Below, piece by piece: positions 1-9,306 of a stretch of 32,000 nucleotides of DNA (its first letter is position 1; every line of letters begins with the position of its first letter). A program made the translations under genes and the position numbers. This DNA is from an uncultured Candidatus Saccharibacteria bacterium. Its GTDB lineage: Bacteria > Patescibacteriota > UBA1384 > XYA2-FULL-43-10 > 1-14-0-10-43-13. Where the stretch lies: assembly GCA_964543385.1 (NCBI GenBank), contig CAZIYE010000001.1, forward strand, positions 600,001 to 632,000. Reading direction: 5' to 3'. Below the pieces are notes generated by a model, which had not been told where the DNA came from, ran no database searches, and saw nothing but the letters and a program-made list of their open reading frames with translations.

Positions 1-276
1 AAGCCGAAATTGATCATTGCCCTTGGGCGACATGCAGCAGCTTCCCTATTACCAGGCCAGCCGAGCATCTCTAAAATTCATGGCAAGGCACTGCAAAGGC
101 CAAATGGAATAGTTTATTTGCCTTTATATCATCCAGCTGCTGCGCTGCATAACGGCGGGCTAAGGCAAACACTAATGGATGATTTCTCCAAGATTCCAGT
201 CATCCTCAAAAAAATAGAAGAAAAAGAGTCAAATAATTATACAGAAGAAGAATTAAAACAAGAAAAATTAATATAA
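1..276 (+). CDS. Uracil-DNA glycosylase family 4-like protein, C-terminal fragment (5' end outside window)
   Basis: Frame 1 is open from nt 1; the track starts it at an internal TTG at nt 10. The stretch GKALQRPNGIVYLPLYHPAAALHNGGLRQ resembles the C-terminal HPAA/HPS motif region of family-4 UDGs. Confidence 0.65.
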   Translation, partial: KPKLIIALGRHAAASLLPGQPSISKIHGKALQRPNGIVYLPLYHPAAALHNGGLRQTLMDDFSKIPVILKKIEEKESNNYTEEELKQEKLI

Positions 277-300
277 AGAAAACAAACTATAAGGAAATTA

Positions 301-2259
301 ATGCAAAATGAAATTAAGACCACTGCTAGTGGTGAAAAGAAACAAATTGTACCAGAGAGAAATAATGTTCTCGATAAAGTACTAAAGGATGACGGGGTTA
401 GCTCCCGCTATCAAAATAATAATAATGGTCAGAAAAGACCGGCTAATGCTAATAGAAATATGGAACCTCGCTATACAGCGCAGGTTGCCCCTAACTCGGC
501 ACAGAAGAAAAGTGAAGAGCCACGTTTTACTGCTCAACAAGTTGATCCAAATGCTTACAAGTCAAAGTTTTTTTACGAACCAAAACTAAAAATTATTCCA
601 CTTGGTGGCGTAGAGGAAACGGGTGGCAAGAACTGTACTGTTATTGAATATAAAGATGATATTCTAGTTATAGATATGGGCTTTATGTTCCCAGACGAGA
701 GTATGCCAGGTGTTGATTATGTAATCCCTGATGTTACTTATTTGGAACAAAATAAGAAAAAAATCAGAGGTTTGATCATAACTCATGGTCATTTGGATCA
801 TATTGGCGCTATCCCTTATGTCTATGAGAAAATAGGCTCCCCAACTATCTATTCAGCACCATTAACGCTAGGTTTGATTAAAAGCAAGCTCGAAGAGTTT
901 GGTCTTGATAAAGTAGTCAAAGTTGCTTCAATTAACTGTGGAGTCGATATTCTTCAGCTTGGTTGTTTCAAAGTTGAGAGTTTTAAGGTAAATCATAGTA
1001 TCCCTCAAGCAATGGGTTTCGCTATCACGACCCCAGAGGGCGTTATCGTTAACACTGGCGACTTCAAATTTGATCATACCCCTGCTGATGGTAAATCTGT
1101 TGATTTTTCTGCCATCGCTAAAATTGGCGACAAAAAGCCGATCCTTTTGATGTCGGATTCGACAAACATAGAAAAACCAGGAGTATCTATATCTGAAAAA
1201 GTTTTGGAAGATTCCTTGATGTCTGTCATGGAAAATGCACAAAACAGACTCATTGTCTCCACATTCTCGACCCTTATTGGTCGTATTCAACAAATTCTAA
1301 ATGTGTCCAAGAAGATTGATAGAAAAGTATGTTTTGTTGGTAGAAGTATGGCTACAACTGTGGAGATTGCAATATCTCTGGAAGCCCTTATAATTCCCAA
1401 GGACACTATCATCGATGTTAAGGATTTGAATAAGTATCCTGATAACAGAGTTGTTATCGTCTGTACCGGCTCTCAGGGTGAGGATAATGCTGCTCTGACT
1501 CGTATTGCAACTGGCGAGCATCGTCAAGTAAAGATGAAAAAAGGTGATCTTGTGATCCTTTCATCATCTCCAATTCCAGGTAACGAGCGTGCAGTTTCCG
1601 GTCTTATGGACAATCTTTTCCGTGCTGGTGCGCAGGTTGTCTACCAAAAATTAATGGATGTTCATACCTCTGGTCATGCAAATCAGGAGGACTTGAAGTT
1701 AATGCTTGCCTTAATCAAGCCTAAATATTTTATGCCTGTTCACGGTGAACGTTTCAGGCTTATGTTGCATAGTCAGATTGCTCAAAGCATGGGCGTAGTA
1801 GACGAAGAGCATTGTCTTGTCGCTGATGACGGCCAAACTATTGAATTCAGTAAAGGTAAGGGAGAAGTTACTAATAAACGTGTTCCAGCCTCATATGTCA
1901 TGGTTGACGGTTTGGGTGTTGGTGATGTCGGTAATATAGTACTTCGTGATCGTAAGGCAATGGCCCAAGATGGTATCTTTGTGGTTATTGTTACCGTTGA
2001 TCATTCTACAAATCAGATTGTGACTTCGCCTGATATTATTTCTCGCGGATTTATTTATATGAGGGAGAGCGAAGATCTTGTTCACAAAGCTCGTGCTGAG
2101 GTCAAGAAAATCTTCCTAAAATATGTTGCTAAAGAAAAAGGTGGAGCGAAGGCTGATTATGGTGTTTCTAAGCAAAAACTTCGTGACGAACTTAGCGAGT
2201 TTCTTTTCAAGGAAACCGAGCGAAGACCAATGGTAATCCCGGTAATAATCGAGGTCTAA
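301..2259 (+). CDS. rnj: Ribonuclease J (metallo-beta-lactamase/beta-CASP) with a ~95-aa low-complexity N-terminal extension
   Basis: IIPLGGVEETGGKNCTVIEY core start, HGHLDHIG metal motif, and beta-CASP/C-terminal region (HTSGHANQEDL, MPVHGE). 652 aa. The start could be internal. Confidence 0.9.
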   Translation: MQNEIKTTASGEKKQIVPERNNVLDKVLKDDGVSSRYQNNNNGQKRPANANRNMEPRYTAQVAPNSAQKKSEEPRFTAQQVDPNAYKSKFFYEPKLKIIPLGGVEETGGKNCTVIEYKDDILVIDMGFMFPDESMPGVDYVIPDVTYLEQNKKKIRGLIITHGHLDHIGAIPYVYEKIGSPTIYSAPLTLGLIKSKLEEFGLDKVVKVASINCGVDILQLGCFKVESFKVNHSIPQAMGFAITTPEGVIVNTGDFKFDHTPADGKSVDFSAIAKIGDKKPILLMSDSTNIEKPGVSISEKVLEDSLMSVMENAQNRLIVSTFSTLIGRIQQILNVSKKIDRKVCFVGRSMATTVEIAISLEALIIPKDTIIDVKDLNKYPDNRVVIVCTGSQGEDNAALTRIATGEHRQVKMKKGDLVILSSSPIPGNERAVSGLMDNLFRAGAQVVYQKLMDVHTSGHANQEDLKLMLALIKPKYFMPVHGERFRLMLHSQIAQSMGVVDEEHCLVADDGQTIEFSKGKGEVTNKRVPASYVMVDGLGVGDVGNIVLRDRKAMAQDGIFVVIVTVDHSTNQIVTSPDIISRGFIYMRESEDLVHKARAEVKKIFLKYVAKEKGGAKADYGVSKQKLRDELSEFLFKETERRPMVIPVIIEV

Positions 2260-2284
2260 TAACTAGAAAGTGAATACGGAATAT

Positions 2285-2321
2285 AAAAAAACACCACCTA
2301 CTAATTAGGTGGTGTTTTTTA
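2285..2321 (+). terminator. Rho-independent terminator after rnj
   Basis: Perfect 9-bp stem ACACCACCT (2291-2299) / AGGTGGTGT (2307-2315) with a 7-nt loop. An A-run lies 5' and a T6 run 3'. Confidence 0.85.
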
Positions 2322-2332
2322 TTCTTATTTTG

Positions 2333-2361
2333 TTGCAACTTGCCTTGTATTGGCCTATAAT
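2333..2361 (+). promoter_or_regulatory. Sigma70-type promoter for ftsK
   Basis: TTGCAA (2333-2338), 17-nt spacer, TATAAT (2356-2361). It lies about 60 nt upstream of the AGGAGGG SD (2411-2417) and the ATG at 2424. Confidence 0.5.
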
Positions 2362-2423
2362 TAAATCCAAGAAGTGCTCTTTTGCACAATTATTGTTAAT
2401 GGACTCCTCCAGGAGGGAAAACA

Positions 2424-4673
2424 ATGGGAAGAAGAAGAATACATTCTAAAATAAAACCTGAACAGAAGTGGTACCAAAAGGATAATGGATTTGGAAAATA
2501 TGTTTTTGACTGGTCTCTTGGTTTATCATCAGAAACCTGGCGTACCATCTTTTCGATCTTCATTATAATTCTCGGCGTGATCATATTCTTGGGCTTTCTT
2601 GGTACGGCAGGTTCACTAGGCGAAGCGATTTCTGAACTTGTCCGGAATACTTTTGGCTCGTTTGGTGCATATGTATTTGATATGATATTCCTATATCTTG
2701 GCGTTATCCTTATCTGGCCAAAAAGAAAATACAGAGTATCAGAATTTCTTGGCCTACTTATACTTATACTAGCGCTTCCTACATTTTTGCACTTATTCAT
2801 TCCGGAGGAAGTAGCTCTTGAAGCAGCTGATTATGGCCGAAATGGTGGGAAAATTGGATACCTGATATCTACTCCGCTTAGAGAAGCCATTGGCTTATTT
2901 CCAACATTTTTGTTATCCGTAGCGATGGTTGCAATCTCGCTAGTCATGATTTTTGATTTCTCGTTGTTAGAGTTCCTGGGTATCTCTAAAAAAGAGGTTG
3001 AAGATGATGATTCTAAGGTTAATATAAATAATCGTAGCGAGGCAAGAGTTTCCGTTTTTGAATCAGTCAAAAAGAAATTTGGCTCTTTCGGAAAACCTAA
3101 GACAGTGGAGAATAAGGCTCAAGTAATAGAGGTCGCTGCAAGTGAAAATCATCAGCCATCAGTACGAAAAGATGTTGCTTGGCAATATCCGCCACTAGAT
3201 TTATTAAAGGAGTTAGACGAAGTTGCTAATCCTGGCAATATTTATAAAAATGCGGAGATAATTCAAAAGTGTCTCGAGACATTTGGCATAGAGGTTAGTC
3301 TCGGTGATGCCAATGTTGGCCCGACTGTCACTCAATATACTATCAAACCAAAACAGGGAGTTAAATTGAATCAGATAGTTGCTAGACAAAATGATCTTGC
3401 GCTAGCTCTTTCTGCTAAATCAATAAGAATTGAAGCTCCTATCCCTGGAAAAGACGCTGTTGGTATCGAAATTCCAAACAAAGTCGGGGCAAAAGTGACC
3501 CAAAAAGAGATCTTGCTCGAACCACAATTTAAGGCAGTCAAGAGTAAACTTGCGCTTGCGCTCGGTCGCGATGTTGCCGGCGAGCCGGTAGCGATTGATT
3601 TGGAAAAAATGCCTCATATGCTGATTGCCGGCTCAACTGGATCTGGTAAATCTGTCTGCATAAATTCAATCATTGTTTCGCTATTATTCAATAATTCGCC
3701 AGCCGATCTTCGGATTCTTTTAGTTGATCCAAAAAGAGTAGAGCTTACTGGCTACAATGATATACCACATTTGTTGACTCCTGTCGTAATCGAAGTTGAC
3801 AAGACGGTTTCTGCTTTAAAATGGGCTGTTTGGGAAATGGAACGACGTTACAAAATGTTCTCAGAACTTGGTAAAAGAAATATTGTTGCTTACAATCAGG
3901 CGCCAGGTCCAGAAGGTAAACTTCCTTATATAGTAATAATCATCGATGAGTTAGCCGACCTTATGGCAACTTCTTCAAAAGAAGTTGAAGGCTCCATTGT
4001 AAGACTCGCCCAGATGGCTAGAGCAACCGGAATGCATTTAATTATAGCAACGCAACGTCCATCTGTAGATGTCTTGACTGGTCTTATCAAAGCTAATATC
4101 GCTTCTCGTATTGCTTTTGCTACTGCTTCTCAAGTTGATTCTCGTACGATCTTAGATATGTCTGGTGCTGAGAAGCTACTTGGTTTTGGAGACATGCTTT
4201 TCATGGCAGCAGGTATAAAACCAAAACGTGTTCAGGGCTGTTTTGTCTCTGACCCCGAAATTGAGAAAGTAACCGAATTTTTAAAACATGAAGAAGCTCC
4301 TCGTTACGATGAATCAATTCTATCTTTTGGCGCCAGTCGAGGTGGAGGTATGGGCGGCGGGAATGGCAGTAGCGAAGATGATCTTTATAATGAAGCCATT
4401 GATACAGTTGTCGCTGCCGGAAAAGCATCTGCTTCTTTACTGCAAAGACGCCTAAAAGTTGGCTATGCCAGGGCTGCTAGACTACTTGATCTAATGGAAG
4501 AGAATGGAGCAATAGGTCCTGCAGATGGGGCTAGGCCTAGAGATGTTTTAGTTTCTGGTGCCGATCTTGGTTCTTATAGCAATAGCGGCGGCGGAAACTA
4601 TGTTAGCTCATATGATAATACTGCAGATTATGTTGACGAGAATGAGATAAAAAAAGACAATGGATCTTATTAA
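2424..4673 (+). CDS. ftsK: DNA translocase FtsK/SpoIIIE
   Basis: N-terminal TM helices. Walker A GSTGSGKSVCIN, Walker B IVIIIDELADL, ATQRPSVDV. C-terminal gamma winged-helix (ASASLLQRRLKVGYARAARLLDLMEENG). Confidence 0.93.
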   Translation: MGRRRIHSKIKPEQKWYQKDNGFGKYVFDWSLGLSSETWRTIFSIFIIILGVIIFLGFLGTAGSLGEAISELVRNTFGSFGAYVFDMIFLYLGVILIWPKRKYRVSEFLGLLILILALPTFLHLFIPEEVALEAADYGRNGGKIGYLISTPLREAIGLFPTFLLSVAMVAISLVMIFDFSLLEFLGISKKEVEDDDSKVNINNRSEARVSVFESVKKKFGSFGKPKTVENKAQVIEVAASENHQPSVRKDVAWQYPPLDLLKELDEVANPGNIYKNAEIIQKCLETFGIEVSLGDANVGPTVTQYTIKPKQGVKLNQIVARQNDLALALSAKSIRIEAPIPGKDAVGIEIPNKVGAKVTQKEILLEPQFKAVKSKLALALGRDVAGEPVAIDLEKMPHMLIAGSTGSGKSVCINSIIVSLLFNNSPADLRILLVDPKRVELTGYNDIPHLLTPVVIEVDKTVSALKWAVWEMERRYKMFSELGKRNIVAYNQAPGPEGKLPYIVIIIDELADLMATSSKEVEGSIVRLAQMARATGMHLIIATQRPSVDVLTGLIKANIASRIAFATASQVDSRTILDMSGAEKLLGFGDMLFMAAGIKPKRVQGCFVSDPEIEKVTEFLKHEEAPRYDESILSFGASRGGGMGGGNGSSEDDLYNEAIDTVVAAGKASASLLQRRLKVGYARAARLLDLMEENGAIGPADGARPRDVLVSGADLGSYSNSGGGNYVSSYDNTADYVDENEIKKDNGSY

Positions 4674-5379
4674 TATGATAAGAGGATTTTCAACAAGAAA
4701 AATTGAAGGCCAAAAAACGTTAGGAGAGAGACTCAGGTCTGTCCGACAGTCTTTGAATTTATCTATTCAAGACGCTGAAAATGGTTCTAAAGTAAGGGCT
4801 AAATTTCTAGTTGGGTTAGAGAACGGAGATTGGAATAACTTACCGACCCCTGTCTACGTTCGAGGTTTTGTTTTGGCATATGCCAAATTTTTAGACATCA
4901 GCAGAGAAGAAATAATCCGTCTATATGAAGCCGAATTGTCTCTCAAAAAGACGCAGAACCCGAGTGAATTTAGCTATAAAAACAGTATCAAAGATGTAAA
5001 AGTTATACTTACACCAAAAGTTTTGGGTTATTCATTGTTAGCCACTTTTGTTTTAGTTATGTTTGGCTACATCTTTTATCAAGTCATGAATTTTGCAGGT
5101 AGCCCCAATCTGCAAGTATCTGCTCCGGGAAATAATTTAGTTCTCGAAACAGATTCAACGGATATCCGTGGTGTGACTGACAGTGATACTGTTATAAGCG
5201 TTAATAATGAGACAATCCCTGTTACTAATGATGGACGTTTCTCAGCTTCTTTAAAACTTCATCGTGGCGTAAATGTTATTAAGGTCAAGGCTCTAAACAA
5301 GGCAAAGAAAGAGACGACCAATGTGCTTACGATAGAGTATAAGCCAAAGACCGCACTAATTGATCTGGAAAGAAATTAA
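4660..5379 (+). CDS. rodZ: RodZ-like protein: N-terminal XRE-type HTH, single TM helix, beta-rich C-terminal domain
   Basis: GERLRSVRQSLNLSIQDAENGSKVRAKFLVGLENGDW...VYVRGFVLAYAKFLD is the RodZ/HTH_25 pattern, followed by the TM helix LGYSLLATFVLVMFGYIFYQV. It overlaps the ftsK end; the ATG at 4675 is an alternative start. Confidence 0.55.
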   Translation: MDLINMIRGFSTRKIEGQKTLGERLRSVRQSLNLSIQDAENGSKVRAKFLVGLENGDWNNLPTPVYVRGFVLAYAKFLDISREEIIRLYEAELSLKKTQNPSEFSYKNSIKDVKVILTPKVLGYSLLATFVLVMFGYIFYQVMNFAGSPNLQVSAPGNNLVLETDSTDIRGVTDSDTVISVNNETIPVTNDGRFSASLKLHRGVNVIKVKALNKAKKETTNVLTIEYKPKTALIDLERN

Positions 5380-5413
5380 TCAAAAAGTTAGAAATTAATA
5401 GTTAGGGTAAATT

Positions 5414-6457
5414 ATGGTCAAGAAAGAATCTGCTGAAGAAATAAAAATAGATGGTAAAAATGAGGCCCTAAAGGCCGCACTCATGTCGATAGAAAAACAG
5501 TTTGGCAAGGGTGCAATTATGACCCTTTCTGATAGCAGTTCCATGAAAGTCGATGCTATATCAACAGGCTCATTTTCTCTAGATTTGGCTCTTGGAATAG
5601 GTGGTTTGCCAAGGGGGAGAGTCATCGAGATATTTGGCCCAGAGTCATCTGGCAAAACTACTTTAGCTATTTCAACGGTTGCAGAAGCACAGAAAAATGG
5701 CGGCAATTGTGCCTTTATTGATGCTGAACATGCTTTTGATCCAGAATATGCCAAAAATTTGGGTGTTGATTTGGACAATTTATTGATATCTCAGCCAGAC
5801 AATGGCGAACAAGCTCTAGAGATCTGTGAGACCCTGGTCCGTTCAAATGCTCTCGATGTCGTAGTAGTTGATTCAGTCGCTGCTCTTGTTCCGCGTGCTG
5901 AAATTGAAGGCGAGATGGGCGATTCAATGATGGGTGTCCAAGCTAGATTGATGTCACAGGCCCTAAGAAAATTAACCGGAGCAGTCTCTAAATCAAAAAC
6001 AATATTAATATTCATTAATCAGATAAGAATGAAAATTGGTGTTATGTTTGGAAATCCGGAAACTACTACTGGCGGAAATGCTCTGAAATTTTATTCGTCG
6101 GTTCGTTTAGATATTCGTCGCAAAGCTGCATTGAAAAAAGGAGAAGATACTGTTGGCAACAATGTCACAGTTAAGGTTGTTAAAAACAAAGTTGCGCCAC
6201 CATTTAAGACTGCTGAATTCGATATTATGTATGGTACTGGCATAGACTATGCAGGGGAAATTCTTGATTCCGGTGTGAAATATGGAATTGTAGATAGAGC
6301 AGGGTCATGGCTTTCATATAACGATGAAAAGCTTGGCCAAGGCAAAGAGGGCGCTAGAAGTTTCCTGAAGAAGAACCCCAAAATTATTGAGGAAATAAAG
6401 AAAAAGATTCTAGACAAAGTTGTGTCCGATAAACTTGAGGCGGACAAGCAAGATTAA
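5414..6457 (+). CDS. recA: Recombinase RecA
   Basis: [11 protein letters not shown] Walker [10 protein letters not shown], and [38 protein letters not shown]. Confidence 0.98.
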   Translation: MVKKESAEEIKIDGKNEALKAALMSIEKQFGKGAIMTLSDSSSMKVDAISTGSFSLDLALGIGGLPRGRVIEIFGPESSGKTTLAISTVAEAQKNGGNCAFIDAEHAFDPEYAKNLGVDLDNLLISQPDNGEQALEICETLVRSNALDVVVVDSVAALVPRAEIEGEMGDSMMGVQARLMSQALRKLTGAVSKSKTILIFINQIRMKIGVMFGNPETTTGGNALKFYSSVRLDIRRKAALKKGEDTVGNNVTVKVVKNKVAPPFKTAEFDIMYGTGIDYAGEILDSGVKYGIVDRAGSWLSYNDEKLGQGKEGARSFLKKNPKIIEEIKKKILDKVVSDKLEADKQD

Positions 6458-6479
6458 GTTTGTAGACTTATAGATAAAA

Positions 6480-6923
6480 ATGAAAAAATCTCCGCTTCAA
6501 TATGCATTAGACCTAGTTGCTCTTAGAGACAGAACCGAGTTCGAGATAAAAAATAAAATGACTGAGAAGCAGTATCTGGGAGAGGAAATCATCAAAACAA
6601 TAGAATGGTTGAAGGACAAAAAGTTTATCAACGATGAAAGGTTCGTCGACAATTATGTCAAAGATCAGTGCTCCCTCGGACGAAATGGATTTTACAAAAT
6701 TAAATTTAAGCTATATTCATTGGGTATTAGTAAAGAATTAATAGAAAAATATTGCAACGAGATCGATTTGGATAATGAACAAAATAGAGCAAAAGAGCTG
6801 GCTGATAAGTGGCTAATCAAAAATGAGAGCAAAGATAATAAGTATGATAAACTGGGACGTTTTCTGGTCGGTAGAGGGTTTGAGATAAATATCGTCAGAG
6901 AAGTTTTAAAACAGGTCATTTAA
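6480..6923 (+). CDS. recX: RecA regulator RecX
   Basis: 147-aa helical-repeat protein immediately downstream of recA. N-terminal ALDLVALRDRTEFEIKNKM and repeated ...ERFVDNYV... match the RecX pattern. Confidence 0.8.
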   Translation: MKKSPLQYALDLVALRDRTEFEIKNKMTEKQYLGEEIIKTIEWLKDKKFINDERFVDNYVKDQCSLGRNGFYKIKFKLYSLGISKELIEKYCNEIDLDNEQNRAKELADKWLIKNESKDNKYDKLGRFLVGRGFEINIVREVLKQVI

Positions 6924-6954
6924 TAATTTTAAATTGAAAATATAAGGAGGGGTA

Positions 6955-9291
6955 GTGTTTGGAAAAAAGACGAAAAAGAAGTCAAAGTATATTTTATGGT
7001 TTGAGGAAATCCATAAGGAGGACATACCCCATGTCGGAGGCAAGGGTGCTAACCTTGGAGAACTAACCAATCACAAAATTCCAGTTCCAAATGGTTTTTG
7101 TGTCACGGCCGAGGCCTTTTTTTATTATCTTGAAAAAACTGGTGCAAAAGCTCAGATAACAAAATTGCTTAGCGGTTTAAATCCTGAAGATAACAAAAAA
7201 TTAAACCAAGTCTCAAGGACAATAAAGAAACTTATTCTTAATACCAGACTGCCAAAAGACCTAGCAGATGAGATAAGAGTCGCTTATCGTAATCTTGGCG
7301 GTTTCCCAGTGGCCGTAAGATCATCTGCGACTGCCGAAGATCTCCCAGAGGCTTCATTTGCAGGGCAACAAGCGACTTTTCTAAATACTATTGGTGCTGA
7401 CAATGTAGTAGAGTCAACTATTCAATGTTATGCCTCTTTATTTGAAGCAAGAGCAATCTACTATAGGATTATCAATAAATTCGACCATATGAAGGTAGGG
7501 CTGTCAGCCGTTGTCCAAAATATGGTTCAGTCTGATAAATCAGGAATTTTATTTACTGTAGACCCTGTCACTGAGAATAAAGACAATATCGTTATCGAGG
7601 CCGGCTATGGTCTCGGCGAAGCGATAGTTTCTGGGTCGGTCACCCCTGACCGTTATATCGTGGACAAAAACACTTTTGAAATTATCGAAAAGGAGATCAA
7701 CAAACAGACTTGGAAGATTGTTCATGCAAAGAATGGCGGAGATCGCCATGCATCCGTAGAAGCAAAGCTCCAAAAAAGTCAAAAGATTACCGACATTGAA
7801 ATAATAAAATTAGCCAAAATAGCCAAAAATATTGAGGATCATTATGGCAAACCACAAGATACAGAGTGGGCAATTGAAAATGGCTCTGTTTATTTTGTTC
7901 AATCCAGACCAATAACAACACTAGGAAACCAATTAGCGGAGAATAATAATCAGAAAGACGAAGATCCGCAGGTTGAGACAGAACAAAACAAAGAAGAAAT
8001 TTTGCTCAAAGGCGCAGCGGCTTCTCTGGGTAGTGCATATGGCCCGGTAAAAATAATTCATAAACCAACAGAAATAGATAAGATCAATCAGGGTGATGTA
8101 TTGGTTACTGAGATGACAACACCTGATTTTGTGCCAGCGATGAGAAAGGCAACTGCAATTGTTACTGATACTGGGGGCAGAACTTGCCATGCTGCTATTG
8201 TTTCCCGCGAGCTCGGAATTCCTTGTGTCGTTGGAACAGGTACTGCCACTAATGTACTTAAAAATGGCCAGGTTATTACTGTTGATGGCGCAAGAGGTCT
8301 TGTTTACAAAGGAAAAATCAAGACTAAATCAGCAGCTAAAGTATCAAATAGCGGTTTGTCGGGATCAGCTATCAGCGAAGAAATTCCAGTTACTGGTACA
8401 AAAGTTTATGTGAATCTTGGCGAGCCCCAATTAGCCGAAGAAGTTGCTAAGATGCCTGTCGATGGAGTTGGGTTATTGAGAGCTGAATTTATGGTCGCAA
8501 ATTTAGGAGAGCATCCTAAGGCTATGGTGGCTGATGGCAGAGGAGATGACTATGTCAAAGCTTTAGTCGATGGTTTAAAAACTATTGCCGGAGCTTTCGC
8601 TCCAAGGCCTGTAGTTTATAGAGCAACTGACTTTAAAACAAATGAGTATAAAGGACTCAAAGGTGGAGAGCAGTATGAACCAGCCGAGGATAATCCAATG
8701 ATTGGCTATCGTGGTGCTTCACGTTACATCGCCGAGCCAGATATGTTTGCTTTAGAACTAAAGGCAATCAAGAAAGTCAGAGAAGAACACGATCTAAAAA
8801 ATCTTTGGATGATGGTGCCATTTGTCAGAACTCTTTCTGAGATGGAGCAGTGTTTGGCATTGATCGAAAAAGGTGGATTAAAACAAGGTCCTGATTTCAA
8901 AATATGGATGATGTGTGAAATACCTTCAAACGTGATATTGCTTGATAAATTTATTGATCTTGGGATCGACGGAGTTTCTATCGGCTCAAATGATCTAACC
9001 CAGTTAACATTGGGTGTAGATAGGGACAATCAGACTTTAGCTAAGTTGTTTGACGAAAGAGATGAAGCCGTCCGACTTTCAATAGAGTATGTGATCAAAA
9101 CTTGTCGCAAGAGAAGTATTACCTGTTCAATTTGCGGTCAAGCTCCTAGTACATATCCAGAAATCACGGAAATGATGGTAAAGGCGGGAACAACCAGCGT
9201 TTCTGTCACTCCTGATGTTATTATCCAAACAAAAAAATTGATTGCTTCAGTTGAAAAAAGACTATTACTCTCAAATATTATTGATAGATAA
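6955..9291 (+). CDS. ppsA: Phosphoenolpyruvate synthase (pyruvate, water dikinase)
   Basis: GTG start 4 nt after AAGGAGG (6944-6950). N-terminal GGKGANLGEL, phospho-His swivel TGGRTCHAAIVSRELGIPCVVG, and C-terminal PEP-utilising barrel GVSIGSNDLTQLTLGVDRDN. Confidence 0.88.
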   Translation: MFGKKTKKKSKYILWFEEIHKEDIPHVGGKGANLGELTNHKIPVPNGFCVTAEAFFYYLEKTGAKAQITKLLSGLNPEDNKKLNQVSRTIKKLILNTRLPKDLADEIRVAYRNLGGFPVAVRSSATAEDLPEASFAGQQATFLNTIGADNVVESTIQCYASLFEARAIYYRIINKFDHMKVGLSAVVQNMVQSDKSGILFTVDPVTENKDNIVIEAGYGLGEAIVSGSVTPDRYIVDKNTFEIIEKEINKQTWKIVHAKNGGDRHASVEAKLQKSQKITDIEIIKLAKIAKNIEDHYGKPQDTEWAIENGSVYFVQSRPITTLGNQLAENNNQKDEDPQVETEQNKEEILLKGAAASLGSAYGPVKIIHKPTEIDKINQGDVLVTEMTTPDFVPAMRKATAIVTDTGGRTCHAAIVSRELGIPCVVGTGTATNVLKNGQVITVDGARGLVYKGKIKTKSAAKVSNSGLSGSAISEEIPVTGTKVYVNLGEPQLAEEVAKMPVDGVGLLRAEFMVANLGEHPKAMVADGRGDDYVKALVDGLKTIAGAFAPRPVVYRATDFKTNEYKGLKGGEQYEPAEDNPMIGYRGASRYIAEPDMFALELKAIKKVREEHDLKNLWMMVPFVRTLSEMEQCLALIEKGGLKQGPDFKIWMMCEIPSNVILLDKFIDLGIDGVSIGSNDLTQLTLGVDRDNQTLAKLFDERDEAVRLSIEYVIKTCRKRSITCSICGQAPSTYPEITEMMVKAGTTSVSVTPDVIIQTKKLIASVEKRLLLSNIIDR

Positions 9292-9306
9292 TCAAAAAGG
9301 ATTTTA

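Noticed and set aside
2401-2417. CTCCTCC-AGGAGG upstream of ftsK as an SD-sequestering hairpin
   Set aside because: The complementary segments are adjacent, leaving a loop of 0-2 nt, so a hairpin is sterically implausible.
5395-5778. Long antisense ORFs opposite strong genes (for example 5395..5778 opposite recA, 2396..2800 opposite ftsK, 18854..19369 opposite the S66 gene, 21701..22063 and 21131..21376 opposite ddl, 25777..26181 opposite the ABC ATPase, 31658..31954 opposite the SDR)
   Set aside because: Each lies fully inside a motif-supported gene on the other strand and has no RBS or recognisable domain. Their composition is low-complexity or hydrophobic, typical of shadow frames.
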